Notes under the pieces: model-generated | The model's input: only the letters and a program-made list of their open reading frames with translations | The model's database searches: none | Told to the model about the DNA's origin: nothing | Translations under genes and position numbers: made by a program | Assembly (NCBI RefSeq): GCF_001194135.2 | Contig: NC_068987.1 | Span: 16,134,301 to 16,198,300, forward strand | Origin: Octopus bimaculoides | Taxonomy: Eukaryota | Length of the DNA stretch: 64,000 nt | Direction of reading: 5' to 3' | Shown here: piece by piece, positions 38,520 through 51,169 of the stretch | How the letters are laid out: each line of letters opens with the position of its first letter | Numbering within the stretch: the stretch's first letter is position 1

Positions 38520-39735
38520 TCTCTTTTTATATATGTTCTGAGTTCAAGTCCTACCAAGGTAAACATCCTTTTGGGGGTGAATAAAATAAAGCACCACTGG
38601 GGTTAATGTTTAACTAACTTCACCCTTTAATATTGCTGGCCTTGTGCCAAGATATTATTATTATTATTAAGGTGGCGAGCTGGCAGAATTATTAGCTTGC
38701 TGGACGAAATGCTTAGTGGTATTTCACCTGTCACTACATTCTGAGTTCAAATTCCGCTGAGTTTGACTTTGCCTTCCATCTTTTTGGAGTCGATAAAATT
38801 AGTACTAGTTGAAGACCGGAGTTGATGTAATTGACTCATCTCTTCCCCCAAAACTGCTGCCCTTGTGGCAAAATTTAAAATCATTATTATAATAAGGTGG
38901 TGAGCTGGCAGAATCGTTAACACACTGGACAGAATGCTTAGCGGTATTTCGCTTGTCTCTATGCTCTGAGTTCAAATTCTGCCAAGGTCAACTTTGCCTT
39001 TCATACTTTTGGGGTCTATAGAGACGCTTCCGAAAAAAGAAAAGCTGTTGGAAAACAGTTTATAGCAGAGACTCCATCTAAGAATATCTGAAGAAGGAAT
39101 TGCATTCCGAAATATCATCGGACTATAGATAACTAAATTACAACTGTTATATAGTCCATTTTTTGTATTATAGTGCGTTGTTGTACCATTTAAAACTTTT
39201 TATTCTGTACCAGTTAAGTACTGGGGGTGAGGTAATCGACTTACCCCCCCCCCCCCATGAATTTCAGGCATTGTGCCTATAGTGGAAAAGATTATTTCGT
39301 AGCAAGCTGACAGAATTGTTTGCATGCCAGGCAAAAGGCATTTCAACTGTCTTCTGAGTTCAAATTCTGCTGAGGTCAACTTTGCCTTTCGTCCTTTCGG
39401 GGTCGATAAATTAAGTATCAATAAACACTGGAGTCGATGTAATCGACTATCCCCTTTCCCCAAAATTTCGGGTTTTGTTCCTATAGTAGAAAAGATTATT
39501 ATTATTAATTATTGAGGCAGTATGCTAGCAAAATTGTTAGCATACTTGGTGAAATGCTTAGTCACATTTTGTCCTTAGGTTCTGAGTTCAAATTCCGTTG
39601 AAGTCAACTTTGCCTTTCATCCTTTTGGGATTGATGAAATAATTCCAAAAGGATTAAACTGGGGTCAATGTAATTGACTATCCCCATCCTTCCCCAAATG
39701 TCAGGCCTTGTGCCTATAGTAGAAAGGACTATTAT
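38520..39735 (+). mobile_element. Array of family B SINEs (about five + copies, one - fragment at ~39195-39295)
   Basis: Repeated ctgagttcaa..ttgcctttcatcc cores at ~38535, 38740, 38965, 39350, 39580, joined at (ATT)n tails. Confidence 0.85.
39088..39116 (+). ncRNA. Decayed minimal hammerhead core
   Basis: CTGAAGA-a-ggaat-tgc-attcc-GAAA-taTC; stem I only 2 bp. Confidence 0.35.
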
Positions 39736-40221
39736 TATAGTGAGATTTTTTACAAACAAAATATACTGTGCCTTACTTTCTGGATTAGCTACTGAAAATT
39801 CATGCCCCACTCCCATCAGCTTAAGGTATATAAAATGAACAGTTTCAAAAGCTTCACCTGACCTTCACCTGTTTGATGCAGTGTGATGTAGGCGGAGATG
39901 TGGGGGAAAAACTATGATGAGATACTCGGGTGTTTCTTACCTTCTGTTTTGTTTATCTAAATAACTCCCCACCTCATTATGGCCCTTTCAACAAAAATTA
40001 CTCTGTTCAGGTTCCATGGTTTGCTTAAGTTTCGGGTTTAGGTTGTGTGTGTTTGTGTATGCATGTGTGGGTATATGGGTACATAGAAAATGTTAAACCA
40101 ACCATATATGACTGGAAGGTGTGTTTAATAATACTAATATATTATTGTATTTAATTTATATATTTATATTTAATATATACAGATGCATATATGTGCTATT
40201 GTATATAACATGTATACACAC

Positions 40222-40277
<56 letters not shown>

Positions 40278-40409
40278 NNNNNNNNNNNNNNNNNNNNNNN
40301 NNNNNNNNNNNNNNNNNNNNNNNNNNNNNNNNNNNNNNNNNNNNNNNNNNNNNNNNNNNNNNNNNNNNNNNNNNNNNNNNNNNNNNNNNNNNNNNNNNNN
40401 NNNNNNNNN

Positions 40410-40455
<46 letters not shown>

Positions 40456-40734
40456 TGTGTGTGTATAAAATGCACATTAGGTAAAGAAAAACTATTTGCG
40501 TGTGTGTGTGGTGGAAACAGCTTTTCTTTTATGCGTATCTTTGAATTTATTGAGCATATTGTTTTGCTTTATTTCTTTTATATTTTCTGAACTAAAGATA
40601 CTATTTACATATTCAACTGTCTGTAATTTCTCTCACCCACTCTTTCAACCCATGTCTCTCTCTCTCTCTCTCTCTTTCTTTCTCTCTCTTTCTCTCTCTC
40701 TCTGTCTCTCTCTCTGTCTCTCTTTCTCTCTCTC

Positions 40735-40767
<33 letters not shown>

Positions 40768-41499
40768 GTGTTATATTTTATCCTCCTCTCCTTAGTTTGT
40801 CTTTTTCTGCCATTCTGTCTCTACCTTTTGTAAGTCTTTCTCTGTTCACTTCCTCTGTATGTTTAGTTACTGAAGACACACACACACACACACAGGTTAC
40901 CATTCACTCCAGAACTATTTACATAAAACCCAATTATTGAATGTCAGAAAGATCATTTATTTGAAAAAAATAAATAAAAATAAATAAATAAATAAAAATA
41001 AATATTAAAAAAAAAAAAAAAATTGATTAATATATTTAATGATTGGAATCGGAAAGCTGTTTCCTCAGTTTCTCTCATTACTCACTGGCTTATTACTTTC
41101 TACCCTTCCCCTCTTGTTTCTTGTACAATTTTTTTGCACATTTGACATTTTTTAGATCCTGAGAACACAGAGACCAACTTTGGGCGTATACTAGCTGTGA
41201 CAACATATTTTATACCATTTCTATTGCTCTTTTGTTTATTTAAAAAAAAAATTTTCTTTTATTCTCTCTCTGTGTGATAGGAATATCAAACCTGCCTACC
41301 TACCATACAAACATCTGTGGATAATTATTGATCAAGTAGTTGACTGTATGCCCTTGTCTTCTTTTCTAGAGTTGATTAAATAAAATACTCGTCAAGTTTT
41401 GAGGTGGACATTATCAGCTGTTCTTCTTCCAAATTTTCCATCTTGTACCTGGTAGAAAACATGTTGGATAATATGCTTGGTGATAGTTTTTGTGGCTCT

Positions 41500-42530
41500 T
41501 AATGTTTGGAGCTCAAATCTCATTGAGGTTAATTTTGCCTTTTATCCTTTGAAGGGAGATAAAATATAGCACCAGTCAAATAGCTGGGTTGATGTAATTA
41601 ACTAATACCCTCCCCTTTAAAATTGCTGGTCTTGTGCCAAAATTTGAAACCACTATAATAAGAATTATTATTAGTGCCCCCTGACTGGCTCCTGTGCCAG
41701 TGGCACATAAACAGCACTATCTGAACGTGATTGATACCAGGGTCCCCTGGCTGGCTCCTGTGCTGGTGGCATGTAAAAAGTATCTATACTCTTGGAGTGG
41801 TTGGTATTAGGAAGGGCATCTAGCTTTAGAAACATTGCCAGATCAGATTGGAGCCTGGTGCAGCCACTGGCTTTCCAGACCTTAGTCAAACCGTCCAACC
41901 CATGCCAGCATGGAAAACGGACGTTAAATGATGATGATGTAGCAAGGCTGTGAGCTGGCAGAGTTGTTAGCATGCTGGGTAAAATGCTTAGCAGCATTTT
42001 ATCTGTCTTTGTTCTGAGTTCAAATTCTGTTGTGGTCAACTTTCCCTTTCATCCTTATAGGGTTGATAAAATAAGTACCAGTTGAACACTGGGGTTGATA
42101 TAATTGACTCCCCCCCCCCTCAGGAACTGCTGGCCTTGTGCCAAAATTTGAAACTTATTGTTGTTGTTATAAAGTTGGCAATCTTCCTTAATTGCTAGTA
42201 AGCTAGAAAAAAATGCTTATGTTCTGAGTTCAAATGCTGCTGGGCTCAACTTTGCCTTTCATTCTTTCGGGGTCAATAAAACAAGTATGAGTTGAGCACT
42301 GGGATCAATGTGATTGGCCTCTTCCCTTCCCTGAAATTACTGGCCTTATGCCAAAATTTGAAACCATTATTATTGTCATTGTTGTTAAGACTGCAAGTTT
42401 GCAGTATTGTTAGAGCATCACTGAAAATGTCATGCAGTATTTGTTCTAGCTGAGTTCAAATGCTCACAAGGTCAATTAATCCACCTCCTCTTAAAATTTC
42501 TGGTCTTGTGCCTAAAATTAGAAACGGTTG
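41500..42530 (+). mobile_element. Array of four family B SINEs with a nested - strand RTE 3' UTR (41672-41940)
   Basis: Family B cores at ~41520, 42010, 42220, 42450; the RTE part is the reverse complement of 31800-32062. Confidence 0.85.
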
Positions 42531-43551
42531 ATTATTATTTTTGATTAACAGAATCAGTCGTGTACAGTCTGTAATGGTATTGTCTACTGTTTTAGCCTTA
42601 AATTCCTCTTAGTTTGATTAAGTCTGAGTCAAGGTGGGGAAAGATGTCAGCAAAATAAGCTGTGAGATAATGTAAAGGGGCAGGTGGCCAATACAATTAT
42701 AAAAGAAAAAAGGGCCACGTGCCTTAGTCAAAATAAAACCTTGTATTGTCTTTGTGTGTGTGTGTGTGTTTCTGTACATGCACGTCTTTTAAGTTAATCC
42801 TGTCATATATGTAAGGATATTTGCTTAAATCTCTTAGAGTGGGATTAAGAAGAAAGAAAACGGGGATTTAGTTTATATATATACACACATTGTTTTGCTT
42901 CCTGGTTAAAGTGAGTCTCACAGTGCCCAAAATCATTTTGCTGGGCTTCTGTGACTAGTGGGAAAAAAATCATCCTAAGAGACCTTCAATAGCACCAGAC
43001 TGGAAATATATTTGACCCCTAATGCTTGCGTCAATGTGGGATTCCATAAAATATATCCAGTAACCAAGTGATGGAAGATTTGGACAAAGAAATAACATAC
43101 TGGAAGATAAGTATGTGGTTATTGTTTAACCCCTGGTCATCCCTGATTGAGCAGACTTAGGATCAAAAGCATTCTATCTTTGTCCATTCCATGTATTTAG
43201 TGGTATGCCTTTTACTATACTATCTAATGTATCCTTTCCTTTTATAAAATACTAGGATGTGATTTGAGTGAGGTTAGGCTGTTATGTCTGACAGACTTCT
43301 ACACAGTTTCTGTCACTCAAGACATTGGTTGGCCTAGGGTTATAGTAGAAAGTACTTGCTTGAGATGCTGTGCAGTGGGACTGAACCCTGAAACTACAAG
43401 GTTGTTAAGTGAGCTCTTCTTAACTACACGACCATACCTCTGGAAAAATAAAAGGCAAAGTTTATCTGCGCGTAAGTTGAACTCGGAGCACATAGAACTG
43501 TAGTAAATTTGGTAGGTGAAAACCAGTAGTATCCTGTCATGTAAATGTATA

Positions 43552-43768
43552 CGAGGGGGTGTTGAAAAATTCCTGGCTTTAAGGGTATTGTGAAAGGCCT
43601 GGTTGGAGGCCCAACATTCCGAGTTTTTTTTACAGGACTTAGAAAAAACTGAAGGACCACTGCAATAAGTGTGTGAATCTGAGAGGGGAATATGTTGAAT
43701 AAAATCATAATTAACTGATCCTCCTGTATTTCATTTTACCTAAAACCAGAAACTTTTCAGCAACCCCT
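43552..43768 (+). mobile_element. Mariner internal-deletion MITE
   Basis: TA at both flanks; TIR cgagggggtgttgaaaaattcctgg / ccagaaacttttcagcaacccct; retains transposase C-terminus KCVNLRGEYVE*. Confidence 0.85.
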
Positions 43769-44170
43769 TACTCTTTACTCTCTTTACTCTTTCACTTGTT
43801 TCAGTCATTTGACTGCGGCCATGCTGGAGCACCGCCTTTAGTTGAGCAAATCGACCCCAGGACTTATTCTTTGGAAGCCTAGTACTTATGGTACCAGTCT
43901 CTTTTGCCGAACCGCTAAGTAACGGGAACGTAAACACACCAGCATAGGTTGTCAAGCGATGTTGGAGGGGACAAACACAGACACACAAACACACACACAT
44001 ATACATATATACGACAGGCTTCTTTCAGTTTCTGCCTACCAAATCTACTCACAAGGCTTTGGTCGGCCCGAGGCTATAGTTGAAGACACTTGCACAAGGT
44101 GCCACGCAGTGGGACTGAACCCGGAACCATGTGATTGGTAAGCAAGCTACTTACCACATAGCCACTCCTG
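43765..44170 (-). mobile_element. SINE family A, full length, young
   Basis: Complete head, core, internal (CA)n and (CTCTTTA)n tail. Confidence 0.92.
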
Positions 44171-44850
44171 TGGATTTACATTTGATTACATTTTAGCCGT
44201 TATTGTTGTTTTTATTGTCTTACTATATATATAGTTAGTCACATTTACTATCTTTTAGTCTGTCTGTCCATTTGCTTGTTTTCTGTGGGGGTGTGAAAGA
44301 AAAAAAAAAATGTTTCATTTTCACACAAGAGGCTTTTAATGTTACTAAGCATGAGATCATTTGAGTGAAGCATATTCTGGGCATTTACATTGAAATGCTG
44401 TCATATGTTGCAAAGTATTGATTTGTTAAAAAACCATCACTATTGTTGTTGTCAACAAACCAAGTCAAGACCAGAACAAAATAACAGCACACAGAGAAAC
44501 TAGCATTAACAAAAATATTCCTTTCAGAAAAGCAACAAAAAAAAAAATACTAACCCTGTGGTTATTTTGATATTTTTGATAAAAAAAAAAGAAAAAAGAA
44601 AGCAAAGGCTGCTGTGTGTGTTTTTTGCTATGGTTTAATGAGCAGTTTGAATGTGCGCAGGTTTCTATAACTGTGTGGTCTGTGTATAGTAATGTAGATT
44701 TATCTTAGTGTGCGTGTATTTACATATGTATATATGCATGTACGTATATGTGTGTATGTATTTACATATATGTATATATGCATGTACATATATGTGTATA
44801 TGTGTGTATGTATATAAATGTATACACATGCATAATGTTGATATGTATGC

Positions 44851-44889
<39 letters not shown>

Positions 44890-44894
<5 letters not shown>

Positions 44895-45175
44895 TCATCA
44901 TCATTGTTTAATGTCCGCTTTCCATGCTAGCATGGGTTGGATGATTTGACTGAAGAGTGGTGGAACCCGAAGGCTACACCAGGCTCCAATCTGATTTGGC
45001 AGAGTTTCTACAGCTGGATGCCCTTCCTAACACCAACCACTCCGAGAGTGTAGTGGGTGCTTTTACGTGTCACCGGCATGAAGGCCAGTCAGGCAATACT
45101 GGCAACGACCACGCTCAAAATAGTGTATTTTATGTGCCACCCGCACAAGAGCCAGTCCAGGGGCACTGGCAACGA
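44890..45175 (-). mobile_element. RTE LINE 3' UTR fragment
   Basis: (ATC)n then tttaatgtccgctttccatgctagcatgggttgg..ctacagctggatgcccttcctaac. Confidence 0.85.
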
Positions 45176-45260
45176 TCAAATATATATATATATATATATA
45201 CACATGCATATACATGCATGTGTATATGCATCTATGTAGATATGTGCATGTATTTATATA

Positions 45261-46526
45261 TTAGGTTGGTAACTAAGTTGCCGCCGTTTTTTTAAATTTA
45301 AATTTTTTAAAAGGTTTAATAAAAAATTACTAATTAATCAGTAATGATGCAATCACCCTTGTTGTTTACAACTTCTTCCCAACATTCAACAAGATCTTCA
45401 ATACCTCATTTGGTAGAAATCACCCGATTTCGACTCAAAAAAATGGATCCGACCAAGCTCTGAATTCTGCATTAGTATTGAACGAAACGCCGCGCATAGC
45501 ATTTGAATGAGATTGAAAGAGGTGGAAATCCATTAGTGTCAAATCAGGAGAGTATGGCGGGTATTGCAGCACTTCCCAGCCATGCGTTTGAATGCCTTCC
45601 TTGGTCATATTGGCGATATGAAGGCGGGTGTTGTTGGGCCGCAGAAGAACTCCATGCTGACTATTAGGTCTTTTCTCTTGAATAGCCGTGTTGAGTTGTT
45701 CCATTTGTTGAACATAGTTCTGCTTTGACCATTTGGTTCCGTTCATGCAATTTGTAATGGATAATCCCTTCCCAGTCTCACCATACGCACAACATCGTTT
45801 TACACTGATTAAAATCTTGTTTGATGTGTGGTGTCATTTGTTTACCGGAGCTAAGCCATTCCTTACGCTGCTTCATATTGATGTACAGGCACCAATTTTC
45901 ATTGCCAGTAACAATTCGGTAAAGAGACTGTTGCTTGTGTCCAGGAGTTGATTGGTGATGAGCAAGCAAACCAGCGGAGATTGTGGCTCGTTGATTTTTG
46001 TTGTTGTCACTTAAAGCATGTGGAACTCATGCTCCATACTTCTGAGCCTTTCCCATCGAATGAAGATGCTTCTCTATAGCAGTGTGTAAGCATTCCATTT
46101 TCTCTGCCAGTTCCCTTGTTTGACGAGAATTTTTGTGCAGAAGTTGGTTTAATCGCTCTTCATTGAACTCAACTGGATGGCCAGAACGAGGTGCGTCTTT
46201 GTGGTCAAAATTTCCACTTTTTAATTTGGCATACCAATCATGAGCGGTTCTTTCAGCTATGGCACCCTCTCAATATACAGCACAAATGTTGCGAGCAGCT
46301 TTTGCAACCTTAGAATTTTGATTAAAAGCAAAAAGGTGTCGAAAATGCTCGTTTTTCTTAACTTCACATTCCACTTTAATGATCTGAAAATAAACAAAAA
46401 TTAACTAAAATTAACTAGAAAAAAAAAACTAAACTAAATAGATTCCAAAATGATTCAAATATAGAATTCTTGAAAAAATAGATGCCAAAATTTAAAAACT
46501 TGGCAGGAACTTAGTTGCCAACCCAA
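45261..46526 (-). mobile_element. Full-length decayed mariner (DD34D) transposon
   Basis: TIRs ttaggttggtaactaagttgccgcc / ggcaggaacttagttgccaacccaa with TA flanks; frameshifted transposase with RIVTGNENWCLY (TGDEKW-like) and GWEVLQYPPYSPDL motifs. Confidence 0.93.
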
Positions 46527-46897
46527 TAAATAAATATATATATATATCTATATATGTGTATATATATATATATATNNNNNNNNNNNNNNNNNNNNNNNNN
46601 NNNNNNNNNNNNNNNNNNNNNNNNNNNNNNNNNNNNNNNNNNNNNNNNNNNNNNNNNNNNNNNNNNNNNNNNNNNNNNNNNNNNNNNNNNNNNNNNNNNN
46701 NNNNNNNNNNNNNNNNNNNNNNNTGTGTGTGTGTGTGTGTGTGTGTGTGTTAACCTCGTGAAGGGATGGTTGCATCCAAGGAAATACTAGTATACTGCAA
46801 GCCGACCTTTACTGGATGATACCTCAACTTCAATTCCCATCATCCATACAGTGTAAAGAGAGAGAGTGCCTAAAACATCGTGCAAAGAATATGAGTA

Positions 46898-47131
46898 GGG
46901 CATATGGCGTTGTGGTTAAGAGCACGGGCTATTAACCCCTAGATTCCGAGTTCGATTCTAAGCAGTGACCTAAACAACAACAATAATAATAATATTGAAA
47001 AATACCTTAGGAAAAATACCCAGGTTCGAAATTTCCCCAAGACACCTGAAGAAGGCTGGAGGGTATATCAGCCGAAACGTTGTGTTAACAAACGAGATGA
47101 GGACAAATATCCATCGAATGTAAATAATGTA
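46898..47131 (+). mobile_element. tRNA-headed SINE-like element with a hammerhead-containing 3' region
   Basis: A box tggcgttgtggtt, B box gagttcgattct, (AAC/AAT)n linker, then a 3' segment containing an HHR. Confidence 0.7.
47041..47086 (+). ncRNA. Minimal type I hammerhead ribozyme (Penelope-like type)
   Basis: gacac-CTGAAGA-a-ggctg-gagggtatat-cagcc-GAAA-cgTT|gtgtt; stem I 5 bp, stem II 5 bp, palindromic AACGTT stem III. Confidence 0.75.
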
Positions 47132-47827
47132 TTGGAGCAGATGTAATCCAGTAGCCCACTACCCCTAAATTTCAGGTATTGTGCTCATAATAGACAGAAT
47201 TATTGGACATATTCTTCAGTTAAGGTACCGTCTGTTGATTGCTGTTAGGTAAAAACACTTTAAGTAATGGGAAACTATTTAACTTATTAGACTTATAAAT
47301 ATTTACTCCTCTTGAATTACTGAGTACTTATTTTGTTCATATCATTTGTAAATATATATATAATCTAGATATGTAAATAGTATGTATATATGACTGGACT
47401 TAGACTTAACTTATGTATACATGTGTGTGTGTGTATATGTGAGTATATATAATTGTAAATAGTATTTATATATTTTGTATGTGTGTGTGTGTATATATAT
47501 ATATATATGACATCTCATTGTATGTGTCTGATTTAGCTAAAACCTCAATGACCGAAATCTTTAAACAAACACAAGCAGATTTTTGCACCAGTGTTTCTTT
47601 GTAGGTCAGTGAAAAATAACTTTACAGGTTTGACAAGTTGACCAAAATTATTCCAAATCCCTTGACATTATCAAAGTAATTAAGACAGCAAATACTAAAT
47701 ACTTTACTTTCTCTCTCTAATTAAATACAAAGTGCATTAATGAGAAAAACAAAAAAAAAAGAACAAACAAAAATTACAAAAATTCCTATACAGCAACTGT
47801 AACTTGATTCGTATCAAAATATTTCGC

Positions 47828-48140
47828 ATAGGCATGGCTAGCTCACTTTGCAACTAGGTAATTTCAGGTTCAATCCCACTGCATGACACACTGAGCAAGT
47901 ATCTTCTGCTATAGCCTTAGGCCAACCAAAGCCTTGTGAGAGAATATGGGAGACAGAGAGTGTGTGGAAGTTTGTTATATATGTGTATATATGTGTGTTT
48001 GTGTTTCTCTCATCATCTCTTAACAGGTGTTAGTTTGTTTATGTATCTGTTACTTGGTGGTCCAGCAAAAGACATGAATTGAATATCAGTCTTACAAAAA
48101 GAGAACAGTATTAGAGTTGATTTGTGCAATTAAACTCGTG
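47828..48140 (+). mobile_element. SINE family A, old
   Basis: caggttcaatcccactgc..ctgagcaagtatcttctgctatagcc..ccaaagccttgtgag. Confidence 0.75.
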
Positions 48141-48952
48141 TGTGTGTGTGTGTGTATGTATATATATATATATATATATATAGTCACTTAAGTATATCTT
48201 TACATATGTGGTTCTATGTGCATAACAAAGTTTCTATTTTTGCTTTTTTTAATTTAGTGTACTTTTGAGTATGAATATTTAGGGGTGGATAATAATTTTA
48301 GCCTACACCATTTGGCTCCTTTGAGAACCCTTTTTTACAGTCTAAATATTTCTTTATTTTCTTTTCATACTTGGTTTGCGAGAAACACGTTTTTTTTTTA
48401 AACATTAATGTAATACTGAAGATATTGGATAAAGGGGAACATTAATGCAATATTTTATACATGTGTGTGTGTGTACACACACACACACACACACACGAGA
48501 AAGGTAGAAAGATGGGATATTTCCAATGTGGCACTCAACTCTAGTGTAAGACGGTCTACACCAGTGTTTCCTAAACTTTTCGCGCCAAATTGCAATATCG
48601 CCCACCTATCTGGCAAAAAATGCTCCATGGCCCACCTATCTGGCAANNNNNNNNNNNNNNNNNNNNNNNNNNNNNNNNNNNNNNNNNNNNNNNNNNNNNN
48701 NNNNNNNNNNNNNNNNNNNNNNNNNNNNNNNNNNNNNNNNNNNNNNNNNNNNNNNNNNNNNNNNNNNNNNNCACATATAATTTGACACACACACAATATC
48801 ATAGACTCATTTAATTTTAATTTAGCATGCAATGGCATTAAAAACAGTGATACAGAAACAATTATAACTGATCATTAAAAACATGCTAAATTCTTTCTTT
48901 GTCTGCTTATTTGGATTATATATATGTATATATATGTGTATGTATAAAAGAT

Positions 48953-49150
48953 GCATGGCTCAGTGGTTAGTGTTGGGCATTGAGTTAGTGAGTTCAGTTC
49001 CTGGACTAGGCTGTGTGGTGTGGAGAGGAGAGGCTGGTATGCATGGGCAACTGCTGGTCTTCCATAAACAACCTTGCTCAGATTTGTGCCTTGGAGAGGA
49101 ACTTTCTAGGTGCAATCCCATGGTCATTCATGACCAAAGGAGGTCTTTTA
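48953..49150 (+). mobile_element. tRNA-headed SINE, additional family
   Basis: Head tgcatggctcagtggttag..gagttcagttcc followed by a body unlike families A-C. Confidence 0.5.
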
Positions 49151-49635
49151 TCCTCATATACAGGAATAGATTTTTGCATATGTTTACACGTGTAAATGAG
49201 AAGATGGTGATTGCATTGTTGAATTTTAAGTGTTGAATAAATGAGTAACATATACACACAGGCACACTTACATAAACATCAAGCCATGTGCATGCACACT
49301 CACCCATGCTGGTGTTGGTTCAGTTAAATTCGTTTTCTCTCTCTCTCTTTCTTGACTGTGTGTATGAAAATTTTGGTTTTGTGCCTAAATAAGAAAGCAA
49401 TATTTTGACTTGGTATTCTTTTACCATCTTACCATTTTGATGCCTAAGAGCACCAATAAGACCATCAGCAAAAAAGATTTGCTTCTTTAGCTTGCTCTTG
49501 TCGTCTCCTTCGTCTCTTACTGTTATGAAATCAGTCAGTGCCTGCAGTCAATTTCTACACTTAGCATGATGTTATGTTGTGTTATTGTTGGCTTAAAACA
49601 TGTCAGTTGATTTTTCTATTTCACTATTGATATAT

Positions 49636-49780
<145 letters not shown>

Positions 49781-49917
49781 CATACATGTGTATGTGTGTG
49801 TGTGTATATATATATCCCTATGTGTGTATGTGTACACATGCACATACGTGTGTGTGTATATATATATATGCATGCACAGGGCATAGCTTGTATTATAATC
49901 CTTTCTGTACTCTATGC

Positions 49918-49949
<32 letters not shown>

Positions 49950-50008
49950 GTATTTGTGTGTGTATATATATATGTATGTGTATATATATGTGTGTGTGTA
50001 TGTATGTA

Positions 50009-50046
<38 letters not shown>

Positions 50047-50065
50047 CATACATACATACATACAC

Positions 50066-50840
50066 ACAAGGTGTGCCAAGTAAATGAGAACACAACAAAA
50101 TAAGTAGAAATAAAGACACCAAAAGGAAAGGACCACATACTTCCAGAAAAATAGCACATTCAATGAGATACGTTAGAGAAGCATCATTCATTGAAATGCA
50201 CTTTAGCCTGATTGAAGACCTCATTGTGACCCTGAGATGACTGTTTGCCAAGATCAAGTGGTAATTCTTACCGTGCCACCCACTGCGCCCATGATGGCAG
50301 CTCGCAATGAGGCCTTGGTATTGTGGGGTTGTTAGCAGGTTCCCACCACTGGATGGTACTGTAGATGTAGCAGTCCAGTGTGTTCTAATCAGGAGGGCTT
50401 GATAGTTATGTTGGAAGTCACATGATTGTGAAAATTCTTGGCCAGCCACTCTTAGATTGTGAGGGACATGAGAGACTGAGCAGAGTCTCAGTGACTGGAA
50501 TATTAATCCTTCTGCTAAAGAGCCAACCTCCTTGATCTAGGGCTTGACTAATGTGCTGCTGTCTCCAGCATCTTGTTGAATGTGGCAGCACGACAATGGG
50601 GCATTGTTAGAAGTGCTGTGGCATGACATGGTCCTTGTCAATCACAACCCTCGGGATCATCAGGGAAGAAGGGACTTGGTGTGAATCGGTATGGATACTT
50701 CTATGAGCTGTACTGTTGATTGTGCCCACTGTCTGATGTAAGGAATTGACATTTAACTATTTTCCAGACTCCAAACTGGGATGTTGTCACTACTGTACTT
50801 ATCCATTGGATTCATACATTCTCAGCAAAAATCTGATCTG
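50066..50840 (-). pseudogene. maT/DD37D transposase fossil
   Basis: Minus frames read HTK..LMIPRVVIDKDHVMPQHF..IQQDAG..EWLAKNFHNHVTSNI..PD*NTLDCYI..QPHNTKASLRAAIMGAV; same family type as 12110-12660. Confidence 0.75.
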
Positions 50841-50850
50841 TCTCTTACAT

Positions 50851-51169
50851 CAGGGGTTTTCAAACTGTGGTCTACAGACCACAGGAGGTCCGCAAGGACA
50901 AGACAGGGTGTCCGTAGAGAGCAAATACTTTTTATGGGCAATTTGATTTTATATATGTTTTTTAATCGAAATCCTTTAATTGACAATAAACTTATTTGTT
51001 AAATACTGTTAAATAAATAAATGTAAAAATGTTATTTTAAGCAAGGGACTTGGTGTGAATCGGTATGGATACTTCTATGAGCTGTACTGTTGATTGTGCC
51101 CACTGTCTGATGTAAGGTAAAGCCTGAAATATAAAGGGGTCCGCAAGTCAAAAAGTTTGAGAACCTCTG
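50851..51169. mobile_element. hAT MITE with 8-bp TSD
   Basis: TSD tcttacat at 50843-50850 and 51170-51177; TIR caggggttttcaaact / agtttgagaacctctg. Confidence 0.9.

Noticed and set aside
42670-42730. CCAAT, TATAAAAG and CACGTG cluster as an alternative promoter
   Set aside because: CCAAT-TATA spacing too short and no downstream exon evidence; plausible by chance in AT-rich DNA
42915-43060. Two hairpins (42918-42954 and 43000-43060) suggesting an H/ACA snoRNA
   Set aside because: No ACA box after the second hairpin, long linker, no clear pseudouridylation pockets
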